Source: Smithellaceae bacterium
GTDB taxonomy: Bacteria > Desulfobacterota > Syntrophia > Syntrophales > Smithellaceae
Direction of reading: 5' to 3'
Assembly: GCA_028693285.1 (NCBI GenBank)
Contig: JAQUVQ010000006.1
Coordinates: forward strand, 8,039 to 72,038
Length of the DNA stretch: 64,000 bases
Part shown: positions 39,869-48,765 of the stretch, one piece after another
Layout of the letters: each line of letters opens with the position of its first letter
Position numbering within the stretch: the stretch's first letter is position 1
Made by a program: the position numbers and the translations under genes
Notes under the pieces: generated by a model
Database searches by the model: none
Seen by the model: the letters and a program-made list of their open reading frames with translations, nothing else
What the model was told of the DNA's origin: nothing

Positions 39869-40711
39869 ATGGAATCTTTTCTCAACCTCTGGCAGCACCT
39901 GCCATCGCACATCAGCCCCGTGCTTTTCAGCATCGGCTCTTTTCAGCTTCGCTACTACAGCCTCATGTATCTGGTGGCTTTTGCCGTGGTTTACGGTCTG
40001 TTTGCCTGCCGGATCAGACGGGGAGAGATTGCCTTCACGACGGAGGCCATGCAGGATTACATGGTCTGGGCGATGCTCGGCCTGATCGTGGGCGCGCGGC
40101 TGGGCTATGCGCTGTTTTACAATTTCTCCTACTACCTGTCCCACCCGCTGGAAATTATCCTGCCGTTCGACTTCTCCGACGGATTCCGTTTCGTGGGACT
40201 GAGCGGCATGTCCTACCACGGCGGCCTCATCGGCGTTTTGCTGGTCACGATTTACTTTTGCCGACGGCACAACATCCTCTGGTGGCGCTTCGGCGACTGG
40301 CTGTGCGCCGCGGCGCCGCTGGGGTATATGTTCGGCCGGATCGGCAATTTTCTAAACGGCGAACTGTGGGGCCGCGTCACGACCGTGCCGTGGGGCATGT
40401 TTTTTCCGCAGGACGCTACGGGAAACCTGCGGCATCCGTCCCAGCTTTACGAAGCCCTGTTCGAGGGGCTGTTTTTGTTTGTCGTTCTGTGGGGCATTCG
40501 CCGGCGCAACCCCTTTGACGGCTTCATGGTCGGCCTGTATATTTTCGGCTACGGCCTGGTTCGGTTTGTGATCGAGTTTTTCCGGGAGCCGGACGCGCAC
40601 CTGGGATTTGTCCTGGGATTCAACACCATGGGGCAGGTGCTGTGCATGCTGATGATGCTGGCGGGCGTCGGCGTGATCCTGTGGAGAAAACAGGCTTCTT
40701 CGCGCCTGTGA
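39869..40711 (+). CDS. lgt: Prolipoprotein diacylglyceryl transferase
   Basis: YSLMYLVAF, SYHGGLIG, GRIGNFLNGELWGR, HPSQLYEALFEG are Lgt signature regions. Confidence 0.9.
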   Translation: MESFLNLWQHLPSHISPVLFSIGSFQLRYYSLMYLVAFAVVYGLFACRIRRGEIAFTTEAMQDYMVWAMLGLIVGARLGYALFYNFSYYLSHPLEIILPFDFSDGFRFVGLSGMSYHGGLIGVLLVTIYFCRRHNILWWRFGDWLCAAAPLGYMFGRIGNFLNGELWGRVTTVPWGMFFPQDATGNLRHPSQLYEALFEGLFLFVVLWGIRRRNPFDGFMVGLYIFGYGLVRFVIEFFREPDAHLGFVLGFNTMGQVLCMLMMLAGVGVILWRKQASSRL

Positions 40712-40725
40712 ACCGGGAGGTGTTT

Positions 40726-42057
40726 ATGGCGAAAAATCTGGTGATTGTCGGCGGCGGCGCGGGCGGCGGCTCCGCGGCCGCGGAGGCGAAAAGAAACGAT
40801 CCGTCCCTGAACGTCACGATGCTGGAGCAGGGGAAGTTTGTCGCCTTTGCCGCCTGACCCATGCCCTATTACATCGGGGATGTAATTCAGGATCAAAACA
40901 AACTGATCGCCCGCACGCCGGAAAAATTCCGCGAGAGCGGCATTGACGTTCAGATTTCGGCCAGGGTGGAAGGCATCGATCCGGCCAGGGGTGAAGTTTC
41001 GCTTCAGGACGGGCGGATTTTCCCCTATGACGTTCTGGTGATGGCCACCGGCACCTCCGCGTTTGTGCCGGATATGCCGGGGCTTGACCTGCCGGGCGTG
41101 GTTTCCCTGCGCAGCCTGGAGGACGCCGTCCGCATCAAGACCTGGCTTCGGGAAAAAAATGCGAAGCGGGTCGTCACAATCGGCGGCGGCTTCATCGGCC
41201 TGGAAATGAGCGAGGCGCTCTCGGCCGCGGGCATTTCCACAACCATCATTCACAAGGATCCGCTTCCGGCCAACCGCTGGGATCCGGTCCTGTCGCAAAT
41301 GATGCTCGAAGAGCTTCAGGCGCAAGGTGTGAAATTTGTCGGAGGCGCGTCCGCTCAAGGCGTTGAAAAAGGAACCAGCGCGCCGCTGCGCGTTCTGACG
41401 GACCGGGGAGATTACGAAGGCGATCTGGTGCTTCTGGCCATCGGCGTTCGGCCTGATGCGAACCTGGCGCGGGCCACGGGTTTGAAAATCGGTACCACCG
41501 GCGCGATTGCCGTCAATTTTTCCCAGCAGACCTCCATCGAAAACATTTATGCGGCGGGCGACTGCTGCGAATCTTTTCATCGCGTCAGCCGCCGCTGGGT
41601 GAATGTTCCCCTGGGCGACATCGCCAACAAGCAGGGCCGCGTTGCGGGTCGCAACATCGGCGGCCGGCCCATGACGTTTGACGGCATCGTCGGCGCCCAG
41701 TCCTTCCGTCTGTTTTCGCTTCAATGCGCGGCCGCGGGGCTGTCGGAAAGGGAAGCCATCGCCGCCGGCTTCTCTCCGGCAAGTCATGTCGCCTGGGGAA
41801 GCGCGATGGCGCCCGCGCTGGGGATGAGAAAAATCGGCCTCAAGCTGACGGCCGACCGATCGACGGGCAGACTGCTGGGCGCGCAGGCGGTGGGGGCCGC
41901 CGGTGCGGTAGGCAGAATCAACGCGCTTTCCGTCGCACTCTGGGCGGGTATGGATCTGGATCAGGTAGGCTACCTGGACCTGGCCTACTCGCCGCCTTTC
42001 AGCCCGGCCTGGGATATCATCCATAACGCGGCCCAGGCGCTCGGCCGTTCATTGTAA
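40726..42057 (+). CDS. NADH oxidase / CoA-disulfide reductase-family flavoprotein, predicted selenoprotein (TGA 40855-40857 read as Sec at codon 44)
   Basis: ORFs 40642..40857 and 40861..42057 share one frame and are separated only by TGA and CCC. FAD motif VIVGGGAGGG. The TGA is in FVAFAA-U-PMPYYIG, aligned to the SFANC(G/A)LPYxIG active-site Cys. Second Rossmann VVTIGGGFIGLE, AAGDC, and a C-terminal dimerisation domain. Confidence 0.75.
40865..40891 (+). promoter_or_regulatory. Candidate bacterial SECIS hairpin
   Basis: CCT-ATTACATC-GGG-GATGTAAT-tc-AGG. The 8-bp perfect stem begins 10 nt after the TGA. The apical loop is all G, about 20 nt from the UGA. Confidence 0.55.
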
Positions 42058-42075
42058 GCGGGAGAATCGGATGTC

Positions 42076-43014
42076 ATGACCGTTTGGTGGATCTTCTTTG
42101 CGGTGTTCATTCTGGCGATGCTGGCGCTCGATCTGGGCGTCTTCAACCGGAAAGCCCACGTCATCCAAATGAAGGAAGCCATGCTCTGGACGGCCTTCTG
42201 GGTCTCGCTGGCCCTGTGTTTCGGAGCGGCAATCTACTTTCTGTACGGCCACGGAAAGGCCATCGAGTATGTGACCGCTTACCTGATCGAATACTCGCTG
42301 AGCATCGACAATCTCTTTGTCTTCATGCTGATCTTTCGCTACTTCAATGTTCCGCGCGCCTACGAGCACAAGGCGCTGTTCTGGGGAATTCTTCTGGCGC
42401 TGATCACGCGCGGCGTTTTCATCTTCGCGGGCGTCGCGCTGATCAGCCGCTTCCACTGGGTCATGTATATTTTCGGCGCCTTTCTGATTGTCACGGGCAT
42501 CAAGATGGCGCTGAACAAACAGACGGAAGTCCACCCCGACAAAAACATCGCGATCCGGCTTTTGCGCTGTGTCATGCCGGTTTCGAAAAACTTCTCCGGA
42601 GCGAAATTTTTTGTCGTCGAAGGCGGCATTCGTTACGCCACGCCGATGCTGGCCGTTTTGCTCGCCTTGGAGACGACCGACATTCTTTTCGCGATCGACT
42701 CGATTCCCGCCGTCCTGGCCATTTCCCGGGACCCCTTTATTGTGTACACGTCCAACGTTTTCGCGATTCTGGGCCTGCGGTCGCTGTTCTTCGCCATTTC
42801 CGGCCTGATGCGCCTGTTCCACCTTCTTCATTACGGCCTGGCGGCGATTCTCGCCTTTGTCGGCGTCAAAATGCTGATCGCGGATTTTTTCCACGTGCCG
42901 GTCGGAATTTCGCTTTTGATCATTGCTTCGATTCTGATTGCTTCGATTCTCTCCTCCATTCTCTGGCCGGAGAAAGAGGAGGGCGAGGTTCCCCCGGTAA
43001 CCATGAAGGAGTGA
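42076..43014 (+). CDS. terC: TerC-family integral membrane protein
   Basis: 312 aa polytopic. EYSLSIDNLFVF and DSIPAVLAI motifs typical of the TerC/Alx family. Confidence 0.9.
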   Translation: MTVWWIFFAVFILAMLALDLGVFNRKAHVIQMKEAMLWTAFWVSLALCFGAAIYFLYGHGKAIEYVTAYLIEYSLSIDNLFVFMLIFRYFNVPRAYEHKALFWGILLALITRGVFIFAGVALISRFHWVMYIFGAFLIVTGIKMALNKQTEVHPDKNIAIRLLRCVMPVSKNFSGAKFFVVEGGIRYATPMLAVLLALETTDILFAIDSIPAVLAISRDPFIVYTSNVFAILGLRSLFFAISGLMRLFHLLHYGLAAILAFVGVKMLIADFFHVPVGISLLIIASILIASILSSILWPEKEEGEVPPVTMKE

Positions 43015-43021
43015 GGACGGC

Positions 43022-43804
43022 ATGCTCTTCGACATTCCCCGCGCTTCTCAAAGCCGGTTGAAAAGTTGGGCGAAGCTTTCCGATGCGAAGTTTCGCCGCG
43101 CGGAAGGCCTGTTTCTGGCCGAAGGGGTGAAAGTTGTTGAAGAACTGCTGAAAAGCGGCCTTGAAGCGGAAGCCCTGCTCGTCCTGCCGGAAAAAATTTC
43201 CGTCTGGGAAAAAATCCTTCGTGAGGCGAAGAGCAGCGTTCCCGTATATCAATTGACGCGCCCGGAGTGGAAAAAACTGAGTCAGGACAGGGAGCCTGAA
43301 GGAGTGATAGCCGTTGTCCGCATCCCCCGGGAGCCTTCCTTTTTGTCTTTTCTCCAATCGTCCGGCGGCCATATTCTGATCCTTCATGAAATCAACAATC
43401 CCGGCAACCTGGGCGCGCTGATCCGCAGCGCCTGCTGGTTCGGCTTTTCCGGCGTTCTGCTGAGCTCCAACTCGGTGGACTGGACCAATCCCAAGGTTGT
43501 TCGCTCCTCGATGGGAGGTGTCTTTGCGCTGACGATTTTGTCCAATATCGACATCCCGGCTCTTTTGCCGGAAATCCGGCAGGAGTACATTCTTGTCGGC
43601 AGCGACCCGCACCGGGGCGTCGCGCCGCGAATACTAAAGAGAAAAGCGGCGCTTCTTCTGGGCAGCGAGAGCCACGGCCTGCCGGATTGCCTGCTGGGCG
43701 AGGTCGCTGAGCGCTGGCGGATTCCCGGCGGTGAAGGAGCCGAATCGCTCAGCCTTCCGCAGGCGGGGGCGATTATGATGTATAAAATAGTGGATAGTGG
43801 ATAG
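43022..43804 (+). CDS. TrmH/SpoU-family RNA 2'-O-methyltransferase
   Basis: N-terminal substrate-binding domain plus SPOUT motifs (NPGNLGALIRSA, LLLGSESHGL, IPGGEGAESLSLPQAGAIMMY). Confidence 0.85.
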   Translation: MLFDIPRASQSRLKSWAKLSDAKFRRAEGLFLAEGVKVVEELLKSGLEAEALLVLPEKISVWEKILREAKSSVPVYQLTRPEWKKLSQDREPEGVIAVVRIPREPSFLSFLQSSGGHILILHEINNPGNLGALIRSACWFGFSGVLLSSNSVDWTNPKVVRSSMGGVFALTILSNIDIPALLPEIRQEYILVGSDPHRGVAPRILKRKAALLLGSESHGLPDCLLGEVAERWRIPGGEGAESLSLPQAGAIMMYKIVDSG

Positions 43805-43991
43805 TGAATGGTGGATGGTAAAAAGACAGGCGAGTGGCGATGGGAAAAAGAAGTGCAGGGAACGGTCGCGACCGTTCCCTACGGGTCATGGGTTATAGGT
43901 CATGGGCGATAGGGAAAAGCTCATGGCTCGTAGTAAAAAGCGACGAGCGACGAGTGACTAGGAAATCGTAGGGCGGATCTTTAGACCTGCC
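43790..43991 (+). repeat. Modular heptad-periodic intergenic repeat, copy A: GTGGATR tract + 24-bp palindrome + heptamer words + GTAGGGCGG hairpin
   Basis: GTGGATA GTGGATA GTGAATG GTGGATG at 43790-43817. Perfect palindrome AGGGAACGGTCGCGACCGTTCCCT at 43857-43880. ATGGGTT ATAGGTC ATGGGCG ATAGGGA ... CGAGCGA CGAGTGA. GTAGGGCGGATCTTTAGACCTGCC at 43968-43991. Confidence 0.75.
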
Positions 43992-44014
43992 GTTGAGAAG
44001 GGTGAGGGGAGAAA

Positions 44015-44332
44015 ATGACTGGATTCATTCAGGTGATGGTGACGACGGAAACGAAGGAGCAGGCCCGGGGCATTGCGGAGAGCCTGGTCGGAGAAAAACT
44101 GGCCGCCTGCGTCCAGATTCTCGACCCGGTCGAAAGCACGTACCGCTGGAAGGGCGAAGTGGAGAGCGCCCGGGAATGCCTGTGCCTGATCAAAACCCGC
44201 GAGCGCCTGTTTGGAAAAGTCGAAGCCGCGATAAAGGCGCTGCATTTCTACGAGACTCCTGAAATCATTGCGGTTCCCTTTGTAAACGGCAGCGGGGAGT
44301 ATCTGCGGTGGCTCGACGAATCGATTTTGTAA
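44015..44332 (+). CDS. cutA: Divalent-cation tolerance protein CutA
   Basis: 105 aa. LVGEKLAACVQI...STYRWKGEVE...E..L.IKT and YE.PEI are the CutA1 pattern. Confidence 0.85.
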   Translation: MTGFIQVMVTTETKEQARGIAESLVGEKLAACVQILDPVESTYRWKGEVESARECLCLIKTRERLFGKVEAAIKALHFYETPEIIAVPFVNGSGEYLRWLDESIL

Positions 44333-44399
44333 ATTTTTTCGTGCAATAATCTCAGGTTTGTTTTAAGTGAATCTCCGTGAAAAAATTCAAGGAGACATT

Positions 44400-46448
44400 A
44401 TGCCGGACAAAAACGAGCTGGAAAAGAAATGCATTGATACGATAAGGTTTTTGGCGGCGGACGCCGTTGAGAAGGCCAAATCCGGCCACCCGGGCATGGC
44501 GCTCGGCGCTGCGGCGACGGCCTTCACGCTGTGGACCAAGCACCTGAAGCATAATCCTGAAAATCCCGGCTGGCCGGACCGGGACCGTTTTGTTCTGTCG
44601 GCCGGGCATGCCTCGATGCTGCTCTACGCGCTTTTGCACCTGACCGGCTATGATTTGACGCTCGCCGACATTAAAAATTTCCGCCAGTGGGGCAGCCGCA
44701 CGCCGGGTCACCCCGAGTACCGGCATGTGCCGGGCGTGGAAGTCACCACCGGACCGCTGGGGCAGGGACTGGCCAACGCCGTCGGCATGGCCGCGGCCGA
44801 AGCGCATCTCGCCTTCCGTTTCAACCGCGAGGGCCGGCAGATCATCAATCATTACACCTACGTCATGGCCAGCGACGGAGATTTGATGGAAGGAGTCGCC
44901 GCGGAATCCTGCGCGCTGGCGGGCCACCTGCGTCTGGGAAAGCTCATTGTGCTGTATGACGACAACCAGGTGTCTCTGGCCGGTTCCACCGGCCTTGCCT
45001 TTACCGAAAACATCGAGATGCGCTTCAAATCTTACGGCTGGCAGGTGCAGAAAGTCAAAGACGGAAATGACGTGGCCGCCATCGACCGGGCCATTAAAAA
45101 AGCAAAAAAAGAAAAGGAAAAACCGTCGCTCATCTGCGTGCGGACCACGATCGGCTGCGGCGCCCCGCGCAAGCAGGGCTTGTGCGATTCGCACGGGTCT
45201 CCCCTCGGAGAAAAGGAGTTGGCCGGCGCCAAGGAAGCCTGCGCCTGGCCCACGGAGCAGACGTTTCATGTTTCCGGAGAGGTCGCGAAATATTTCCGCA
45301 GGGCGGTTTCCCGCGGGAGAAAGTACGAGCACGCCTGGCGGGAGACGCTGGCCGACCCCGCGCTGGCCGCCGAACTGGAAAGAGCGCTTTCGGGGGAGTT
45401 GCCCGCGGACTGGGACGCGGAGCTTGCCGAATTTCCGGCCGGATCGGCCGACATGGCCACGCGCAAGGCTTCGGAAGCCGTGATGCAGAAGATCGCTGCG
45501 AAGGTTCCGGAGCTGGCCGGGGGGTCGGCGGATCTCAATCCCTCAACCTGCACCTGGCTTACGGGCATGGGGGATTTTCAAAGCCCGGCGCAAAGCAGGG
45601 AAGGTCTGCACGGCATGGTGGGCGGCGCCTGGGATTATTCGGGGCGCAATATCCATTACGGCGTGCGCGAGCACGCGATGGGCGCCATCTCGGTGGGGCT
45701 GGCGCTGCACGGCGGCGTGATCCCCTATACGGCAACCTTTTTGACCTTTGCCGACTATATGCGCCCGCCCATGCGGCTGGCCGCTTTAATGGGGCTGCGC
45801 GTGATTTTCGTCTTCACGCATGACAGCGTCGGCGTGGGCGAAGACGGCCCGACGCATCAGCCGGTCGAGCAGATCATGAATTTGCGCCAGATTCCCAACA
45901 TGACGGTGATAAGGCCGGCGGACGCCAACGAAACGCTGGAGGCCTGGCGGCTGGCGCTTGCCAACACGACCGGGCCGACGTCGCTGATTTTCAGCCGTCA
46001 GAACCTGCCGCTTCTGGATCGCTCCGTATGTGCGCCCGCCTCCTGCACGGGCCGGGGCGGTTATATCCTGTGGGAGTCGTCTGTCCTCGAGCCGAACATC
46101 ATCCTGATGGCCACCGGTTCGGAAGTTGTCCTGGCGCTGGAAGCGGGACGCAGACTGGCGCAAGAAGGAACCCGCGTCCGCGTTGTGTCGCTGCCCAGCT
46201 GGGAAATTTACGACCGCCAGCCCAAGGAATACCGGGATTCGGTCCTGCCGCCGAGGATCAGTGCGCGCCTGGCCGTGGAGGCCGGGATCCGGCTGGGATG
46301 GGAGCATTATGTCGGGCTTTCGGGAAAGATCATCGGCATGGAGAGCTTCGGCGCGTCCGCGCCCGGACCGGTGCTCTATGAGAAATTCGGGTTCACGTCC
46401 GACGGCATTGTCGCGGCGGCCAAGGAATTGCTGACCATTCGCGGATAA
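44400..46448 (+). CDS. tkt: Transketolase
   Basis: [24 protein letters not shown], and [19 protein letters not shown] (TPP/pyrimidine-binding signatures). Confidence 0.95.
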   Translation: MPDKNELEKKCIDTIRFLAADAVEKAKSGHPGMALGAAATAFTLWTKHLKHNPENPGWPDRDRFVLSAGHASMLLYALLHLTGYDLTLADIKNFRQWGSRTPGHPEYRHVPGVEVTTGPLGQGLANAVGMAAAEAHLAFRFNREGRQIINHYTYVMASDGDLMEGVAAESCALAGHLRLGKLIVLYDDNQVSLAGSTGLAFTENIEMRFKSYGWQVQKVKDGNDVAAIDRAIKKAKKEKEKPSLICVRTTIGCGAPRKQGLCDSHGSPLGEKELAGAKEACAWPTEQTFHVSGEVAKYFRRAVSRGRKYEHAWRETLADPALAAELERALSGELPADWDAELAEFPAGSADMATRKASEAVMQKIAAKVPELAGGSADLNPSTCTWLTGMGDFQSPAQSREGLHGMVGGAWDYSGRNIHYGVREHAMGAISVGLALHGGVIPYTATFLTFADYMRPPMRLAALMGLRVIFVFTHDSVGVGEDGPTHQPVEQIMNLRQIPNMTVIRPADANETLEAWRLALANTTGPTSLIFSRQNLPLLDRSVCAPASCTGRGGYILWESSVLEPNIILMATGSEVVLALEAGRRLAQEGTRVRVVSLPSWEIYDRQPKEYRDSVLPPRISARLAVEAGIRLGWEHYVGLSGKIIGMESFGASAPGPVLYEKFGFTSDGIVAAAKELLTIRG

Positions 46449-46460
46449 AGGAGCAAATGA

Positions 46461-48155
46461 GTGCAGACCGCCGGGATTTCTTTTTTACTGGGCCCCTACC
46501 AGAACTACGTCGCCAACGCGCTGGATAAAATGAGCCGCGGCAACATCGCCGCGCGCATCTGGGCCAACGACTTTCATGTCTGGAAGCCGTCGCCCGCGGA
46601 GATCGCCAACCGGATGGGGTGGCTCCACGCGCCCGTGGAGACGTCCGCCCATGTCGGCGAGATCCGCGCCTCCGTGGAGCCCTTCACCAGCGGCGGCATC
46701 AGCGACGTTGTCCTTCTGGGCATGGGCGGATCGAGCCTGTCGGCGGAAGTGTTCAGCAGCGTCTTCGGCAGCGCGCCGGGTTTTCCGAGGCTGCAGATTC
46801 TGGACACCACCGATCCGGTGGTCATTCGGCGCGCGGCGCGGGGGCTCAACCTCGACAAAACCCTTTTCATCGTTTCCTCCAAGTCCGGCAGGACGCTGGA
46901 GATCCGCTCGCTTTTCCATTATTTTTACAATCTGGCCGACCGGACGCCGGGGGTTTCGGCCAACGAGCACTTCATGTTCATCACCGACGAGGGCAGCCCG
47001 ATGCTGACCCAGGCGTGGCAGCTCCAGCTTCCGTACGTTTTTTCCAATAATCCCAACATCGGCGGACGCTTTGCGGCTCTGTCGCTCGTGGGCATCATTC
47101 CCGCCGCGCTGATCGGCGTTTCCATTGAAAAGCTGCTCCAGAGCGCGATGGCCGCGGCCAACCGGGAGAAGGCGGATTTCTTTTCCGGCCGGGGCGGCTC
47201 CACGGGATTTCTGCTGGGCGCCGCTCTGGGCACGCTGGCGCAGTACGGCCGGGACAAGCTTACGCTGCTGCTTCCGCCGCCCTGGAAGCCTTTCGGCGAC
47301 TGGCTGGAACAGCTCCTCGCGGAAAGCCTCGGCAAGGAAGGCAAGGGCATTTTGCCGGTTCTGAACGAACCGCCGCTGGACGTGGACCGGTACGGGAACG
47401 ACCGCGTTTTTGTCGCGTTCCATCATGACGACGACGAGTGGGCGTCGAGGATTTCGGAGCTGGCGGGCGCCGGGCATCCCGTCTTGAAAATCCGGATCAA
47501 CGGCTTTTACGATCTGGGCGGCCAGATGTTTTTGTGGGAAATGGCGACGGCCGTCGCCGCGCACATCATGGGCATCAATCCCTTCGACCAGCCGGATGTC
47601 GAGGCGACCAAAACGCATACGAACCGGATGATCGAGGAATTCCGGAATAACAAAGAATGGCCGGCGCCCAGGCCCGCTCTGTCGCTCACCGCCTGCGAGG
47701 TTTACGGTGATGTTTCCGCCCGGACTCTTTCTTCCGCCCTGACCAGGTTTCTCGCGCAGGCCGGCGAGGGAGCGTACGGGGGATTGCAGGTCTATCTCAG
47801 CCCCTCTCCCGCGATCGACGACGCGCTGCAGAAACTGCGTCTGGCGATTTCCAGCCGGTACAAGATAGCCGTGACGACCGGCTACGGCCCGCGCTATCTG
47901 CATTCGGTGGGCCAGCTTCACAAAGGCGACGCGGGCCGCGGCCTGTTTATCCAGATGACCGGCCCGAACAAATCGGACATCGGCATTCCCGACGAGCTGG
48001 GCAAACCCGGCTCGTCTCTGACCTTCGGGGAGCTCAAGGCCGCGCAGGCCGAAGCGGACCGCCAGGCGCTTCTGGACAAAGGGCGGAAAATCCTTCGCAT
48101 CCACTGGAAAAAAGACGCGGCGGGCGGAATCCGGACTCTGGCCGGAAGTCTTTAG
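46461..48155 (+). CDS. pgi: Glucose-6-phosphate isomerase (SIS-domain PGI of the type found fused to transaldolase in some bacteria)
   Basis: GTG start 7 nt after AAAGGAG. VVLLGMGGSSL, LFIVSSKSGRTLE, GGRFAALSLVG. 564 aa. Confidence 0.8.
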   Translation: MQTAGISFLLGPYQNYVANALDKMSRGNIAARIWANDFHVWKPSPAEIANRMGWLHAPVETSAHVGEIRASVEPFTSGGISDVVLLGMGGSSLSAEVFSSVFGSAPGFPRLQILDTTDPVVIRRAARGLNLDKTLFIVSSKSGRTLEIRSLFHYFYNLADRTPGVSANEHFMFITDEGSPMLTQAWQLQLPYVFSNNPNIGGRFAALSLVGIIPAALIGVSIEKLLQSAMAAANREKADFFSGRGGSTGFLLGAALGTLAQYGRDKLTLLLPPPWKPFGDWLEQLLAESLGKEGKGILPVLNEPPLDVDRYGNDRVFVAFHHDDDEWASRISELAGAGHPVLKIRINGFYDLGGQMFLWEMATAVAAHIMGINPFDQPDVEATKTHTNRMIEEFRNNKEWPAPRPALSLTACEVYGDVSARTLSSALTRFLAQAGEGAYGGLQVYLSPSPAIDDALQKLRLAISSRYKIAVTTGYGPRYLHSVGQLHKGDAGRGLFIQMTGPNKSDIGIPDELGKPGSSLTFGELKAAQAEADRQALLDKGRKILRIHWKKDAAGGIRTLAGSL

Positions 48156-48165
48156 CCTTCGTCGG

Positions 48166-48744
48166 TCACCGGGCTTCGGCGATCACGCGGAGAATTTCCG
48201 GCGCGTGGCGTTCGGGCGCGGCGGGAATCGCTTTTGGGTAACCCAGAATAATCGGCGCGACAATCCGCAGATTTTCGGAAAACCCCAGTTCGCCCCTAAG
48301 CTGCGGGTCGCGGATGTTCGCCCCCAGGGCGACCCAGCAGGTGCCAAGCCCCCGGGCGGCTGCCGCGAACATGATGTAGGCGGCAGCAAGCGCCGCGTCC
48401 ACGTCCAGAGAGCCCGCCGATTTCGGCCCTGCGACAAAAATCAGGCAGGGCGCGTTGTAGAACACATTGAAATTTTCATCCTGGAGCAGGTTCACGTACT
48501 GCGGATTCAGGGCGATCTTCTTGTCGTCGTGATCCTTCAGGAGGCAGGCCTTGCTTTCGTCGGACAGATTTTTCATGGCTTTGCGGCACTGGACGACGGA
48601 AAAGCGGCAAGGCTGGTTGTTGCTGGCGGACGGCGCCAGCGTCGCGTCCCGAAGAATTTCCTCGACGAGAGGCAGGGGAACCGCCTTGTCCTCAAAGTCC
48701 CGAATTGCCCTTCTCTTTTGCAGAAGCTCGGAAAAAGTCATCAT
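48166..48744 (-). CDS. Nitroreductase-family (FMN) protein
   Basis: 192 aa. RRAIRDF..K.VP, APSASNNQP, and typical C-terminal PIILGYP. AAGGAG RBS. Confidence 0.85.
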   Translation of the reverse strand: MMTFSELLQKRRAIRDFEDKAVPLPLVEEILRDATLAPSASNNQPCRFSVVQCRKAMKNLSDESKACLLKDHDDKKIALNPQYVNLLQDENFNVFYNAPCLIFVAGPKSAGSLDVDAALAAAYIMFAAAARGLGTCWVALGANIRDPQLRGELGFSENLRIVAPIILGYPKAIPAAPERHAPEILRVIAEAR

Positions 48745-48765
48745 GATTTTTTCTCCTTTCTTCGT

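Noticed and set aside
40642-42057. Interpretation of the split NADH oxidase/CoADR ORFs as a nonsense-mutated pseudogene or as two separate genes
   Set aside because: The single TGA falls exactly on the family's catalytic-Cys column. Both halves are otherwise intact and in frame, and a SECIS-like hairpin follows at the expected distance. Selenocysteine decoding is therefore the more economical explanation. A pseudogene cannot be fully excluded without the rest of the genome.
42058-42075. Expected yybP-ykoY (Mn2+) riboswitch upstream of the TerC-family gene
   Set aside because: Only 18 nt separate terC from the preceding gene, which leaves no room for the riboswitch. The gene appears co-transcribed with the upstream flavoprotein gene.
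43790-43819. GTGGATR tandem tracts as a possible CRISPR array or coding low-complexity region
   Set aside because: The units are 7 nt with no spacers and there are no cas genes. A 7-nt period cannot maintain a reading frame. I classified them as intergenic simple/modular repeats instead.
46485-48104. 539-aa minus-strand ORF opposite pgi
   Set aside because: Shadow ORF. The plus-strand product has clear SIS/PGI motifs and a proper RBS.
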